Part shown: in pieces, positions 61,887-64,000 of the stretch
Layout: every line of letters starts with the position of its first letter
How positions within the stretch are numbered: the first letter of the stretch is position 1
DNA from: a bacterium
Lineage (GTDB): Bacteria > SZUA-182 > DTGQ01 > JAFGSM01
Length of the DNA: 64,000 nt
Assembly: GCA_049472315.1 (NCBI GenBank)
Contig: JBLIRN010000001.1
Location: 128,001-192,000 of the forward strand
Direction: 5' to 3'
Program-made: the position numbers and the translations under genes
Notes under the pieces: model-generated
What the model was told of the DNA's origin: nothing
The model's input: the letters and a program-made list of their open reading frames with translations, nothing else
Databases searched by the model: none

Positions 61887-61992
61887 CGTTAATTGCTCCA
61901 GTACATCCGGCAACGGGAAGGATCGGAATATGGAGAGGTCCCCCCGCCTTTCAATGTATCTAAATCGAATATATGGTCTCTCTTGTAAACTG

Positions 61993-62008
61993 AGCAATAT
62001 CAGTGCCA
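61993..62008 (-). promoter_or_regulatory. Sigma54 promoter for the peptide and subtilase genes
   Basis: TGGCAC-TGATA-TTGCT, a consensus match. Confidence 0.8.
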
Positions 62009-62372
62009 GATCATTACACCCCGCTCCCTGGCACGGCAGTCTATCCTCGCCTGATGTGACACTCTTCACATAAGCTATCTATCTGATTTATATAGCTTAA
62101 GTACCTTGCACATTCGTATTGCCGACAATACCCCCGAGCACAGAGGGGTCATACCGCCTAGCACCCTGCATAGATTTTTTCCCGTGTCATAGGAATAATG
62201 CGCTGGTGTGTCTTCCTGCCTCAGACACGGGGGAAAATGGCGTTCCGCAACTGCAGATGCAAATGATGGCACTCTGGGTACCCTTACGGATAAAGGCAAG
62301 GGATCATTGCGGACGGATTTCGATAGGTGAGGATCAGGGGGCACTGCATCAAGATTCGAACGGAATGGCTCC

Positions 62373-63143
62373 TTACCCCTGACGAGACATGATAAAGGAT
62401 TTGATCTGTTTTTTGTTCACCTGGGTCACGTGTGAAAAACATACCCCGAGATAGCGCCACGGCTCTGAGCTGTTGAACCGCTCCCAGCGGATTTCCCCCT
62501 CGATATTGAGCGGCGTGGTCGAAGTGGGGAGCAGGATATTGAGATACACAAACTCCGAGAGCTTCGCCCTGAAATCGGCCCGAAACATGATCCCTTCCTG
62601 ACTCATATTCACGGTCTTGGATACGTTCTCCTCGGAGGGGATATTCCCCAATGGTGAAACGAAGGTATATTTGATAGGGATATCTGCAAGTACCCGGAAA
62701 TACCTCCTTCGTTCCTTTGGGATTGACCGTTCTTCATGGAGAGGGAACTGCGACCCCCTTCGCTGTGACTTTTCTTCCTCGATTCTGTCCAATAGGGTGG
62801 GCAGGTTTTCGAGCAGGAGGGGTTTCAAGAGATAATGATGCATCTTCTTGCCGGTCACACAGTGTTTGTCGATGTCGCAATTCGGATGGAAGAGAAAGAC
62901 CACCTCGGTGGCGGGATTCATCCCCTTGATCTCTTCCGTAGTGAGAACATCATCTTCCTGATCGAATTTTGAGATGCTCAGGAGGACGAGATCATACTGT
63001 ATCCTCTGAAGCATCTGACGAGCCGTATTTGACTGGGTGGCGGAATCGACGTAATGTCCATCCATCAGTAAGTAATTACAAAGATAGTCCCTGAAGTTCG
63101 CATCTCCGCTAACCACAAGAATAAACAGATCTCCCATGAGCAT
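62373..63143 (-). CDS. Degenerate receiver domain plus PilZ (c-di-GMP-binding) domain
   Basis: REC-like N-terminus lacking the acidic residues (VVSGD, LVLLSI); ERRRYFR (RxxxR) and NMSQEG ((D/N)xSxxG). Confidence 0.8.
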   Translation of the reverse strand: MLMGDLFILVVSGDANFRDYLCNYLLMDGHYVDSATQSNTARQMLQRIQYDLVLLSISKFDQEDDVLTTEEIKGMNPATEVVFLFHPNCDIDKHCVTGKKMHHYLLKPLLLENLPTLLDRIEEEKSQRRGSQFPLHEERSIPKERRRYFRVLADIPIKYTFVSPLGNIPSEENVSKTVNMSQEGIMFRADFRAKLSEFVYLNILLPTSTTPLNIEGEIRWERFNSSEPWRYLGVCFSHVTQVNKKQIKSFIMSRQG

Positions 63144-63328
63144 TCATCTCCTCTGAATTCCGTCATATGCGACGTGCTTTTTGGCAATGGATAGGGGCGG
63201 CTTGCGCCGCCACCCCGATTCAAAGAATCGGCCTACCCATTGGGGGGGGATTCGAAATGTCTTTTATATCTGAATATTGTCTCTTAATCTATTCTTTCCC
63301 CCTAGATCTTTATTCAGTTTTTATAATT

Positions 63329-63344
63329 TGCATATGCTGTACCA
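63329..63344 (-). promoter_or_regulatory. Probable sigma54 promoter for the REC-PilZ gene
   Basis: TGGTAC-AGCAT-ATGCA; GG-N10-GC spacing intact. Confidence 0.55.
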
Positions 63345-63597
63345 GATCACAAATACCAAGGTATTTTTTTCGTACAGCGCTATAAGTCTTTATAATATTT
63401 GATGTTTTCTGTTGCCTGTGACCATGCGACTGGTACTGCACACGGCTCCATCGGACATGGCTTCGCGGAATGATAGAGCGGAAGGTTTATGCGCCTGATG
63501 GCGGGCCAGAGATAACACGTTAAAAAATAACAGCTTATATGGACTCCTATGACGGCATAAAAGAAATGATCATTTTAAAAGAATTTATGAATGGTTT

Positions 63598-64000
63598 CTA
63601 CATACCTCGGGCACGACGTCGCTCTTCGGGATCAAGTATATGATGCTTGCGGATGAAGTAGCTTAGATTCCGTTGGTCGATCCCGAGAAGCTGTGCTGCA
63701 CGGCATTTTACCCAGTCAGCCTTGTTAAGGGCCTTCAAAATGAGTTGTCGCTCGTAGGTCCTGAGCCTCCTCTTGAGGTTGAAATCCTCCAGCTCATTCG
63801 AGTCGTGATGATTATATCCATGCTGGAAGATATGGTGCGGGAGGGACTGGAGCTGGATAAGGTCGGAATTCTCGATTATTACCGCATGTTCTATTGCATT
63901 TTTCAATTCCCTGACATTACCGGGCCATTCATAGTTCATCAATGCATCCATGGCCTCATTGCTGATTCCCCGCATACTCTTTTTGGTCTCATAGTTCTCA
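63598..64000 (-). CDS. C-terminal part of a sigma54 enhancer-binding protein (NtrC/Fis family), 5'-truncated by the window edge
   Basis: YEWPGNVRELKNAIEHA; Fis-type HTH ERQLILKALNKADWVKCRAAQLLGI. Confidence 0.9.
   Translation of the reverse strand, partial: ENYETKKSMRGISNEAMDALMNYEWPGNVRELKNAIEHAVIIENSDLIQLQSLPHHIFQHGYNHHDSNELEDFNLKRRLRTYERQLILKALNKADWVKCRAAQLLGIDQRNLSYFIRKHHILDPEERRRARGM

Noticed and set aside
61887..62069. N-terminal extension of the peptide ORF (147-aa version)
   Set aside because: It spans the sigma54 promoter; the RBS and signal peptide fit ATG 61886
62106..62124. Additional sigma54 promoter (CGGCAATACGAATGTGCA)
   Set aside because: GG-to-GC spacing is 12 rather than the required 10
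62175..62237. Inverted repeat TTTTCCCGTGTC...GACACGGGGGAAAA as an ncRNA
   Set aside because: No family features recognised; it could be a terminator or activator site, but there is not enough support to call it

Overview
Bacterial DNA, mostly GC-rich, from an anaerobe with a Wood-Ljungdahl pathway; nearly all genes lie on the minus strand. (1) 1-6.2 kb: an ECF sigma factor, a soluble zinc-finger anti-sigma factor, a membrane-anchored CHAT (caspase-like) protease and a TPR/CsgG-like lipoprotein. (2) 6.7-34 kb and 51.5-54 kb: an essentially complete Wood-Ljungdahl set (fhs, a selenocysteine formate dehydrogenase split in the ORF track at an in-frame UGA, cooS/acsB, acsCDE, two cooC, metVF, gcvH, folE, folD, fchA), plus two NuoEF/GltD-type flavoprotein complexes (one StnABC-like, one joined to the FDH) and an IclR regulator. 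(3) 35-40.6 kb: hdrA-mvhDGA, a hydrogenase protease and tusA, with no hdrBC in the window. (4) 40.7-51.5 kb: a Wsp/ACF-like chemosensory cluster with an extra stand-alone Hpt protein and a divergent MCP. (5) 54.5-57.2 kb: rsmE, trmJ, rlmN. (6) 57.2-64 kb: two secreted GGLYG-repeat paralogs, a subtilase with a low-complexity tail, a small secreted aromatic peptide, a REC-PilZ protein and the end of a sigma54 activator; four of these transcription units carry their own sigma54 -24/-12 motif. The strongest candidates for undescribed systems are this sigma54-controlled GGLYG locus and the CHAT/anti-sigma/ECF signalling module. All functional calls come from motif recognition by eye; no database searches were run.
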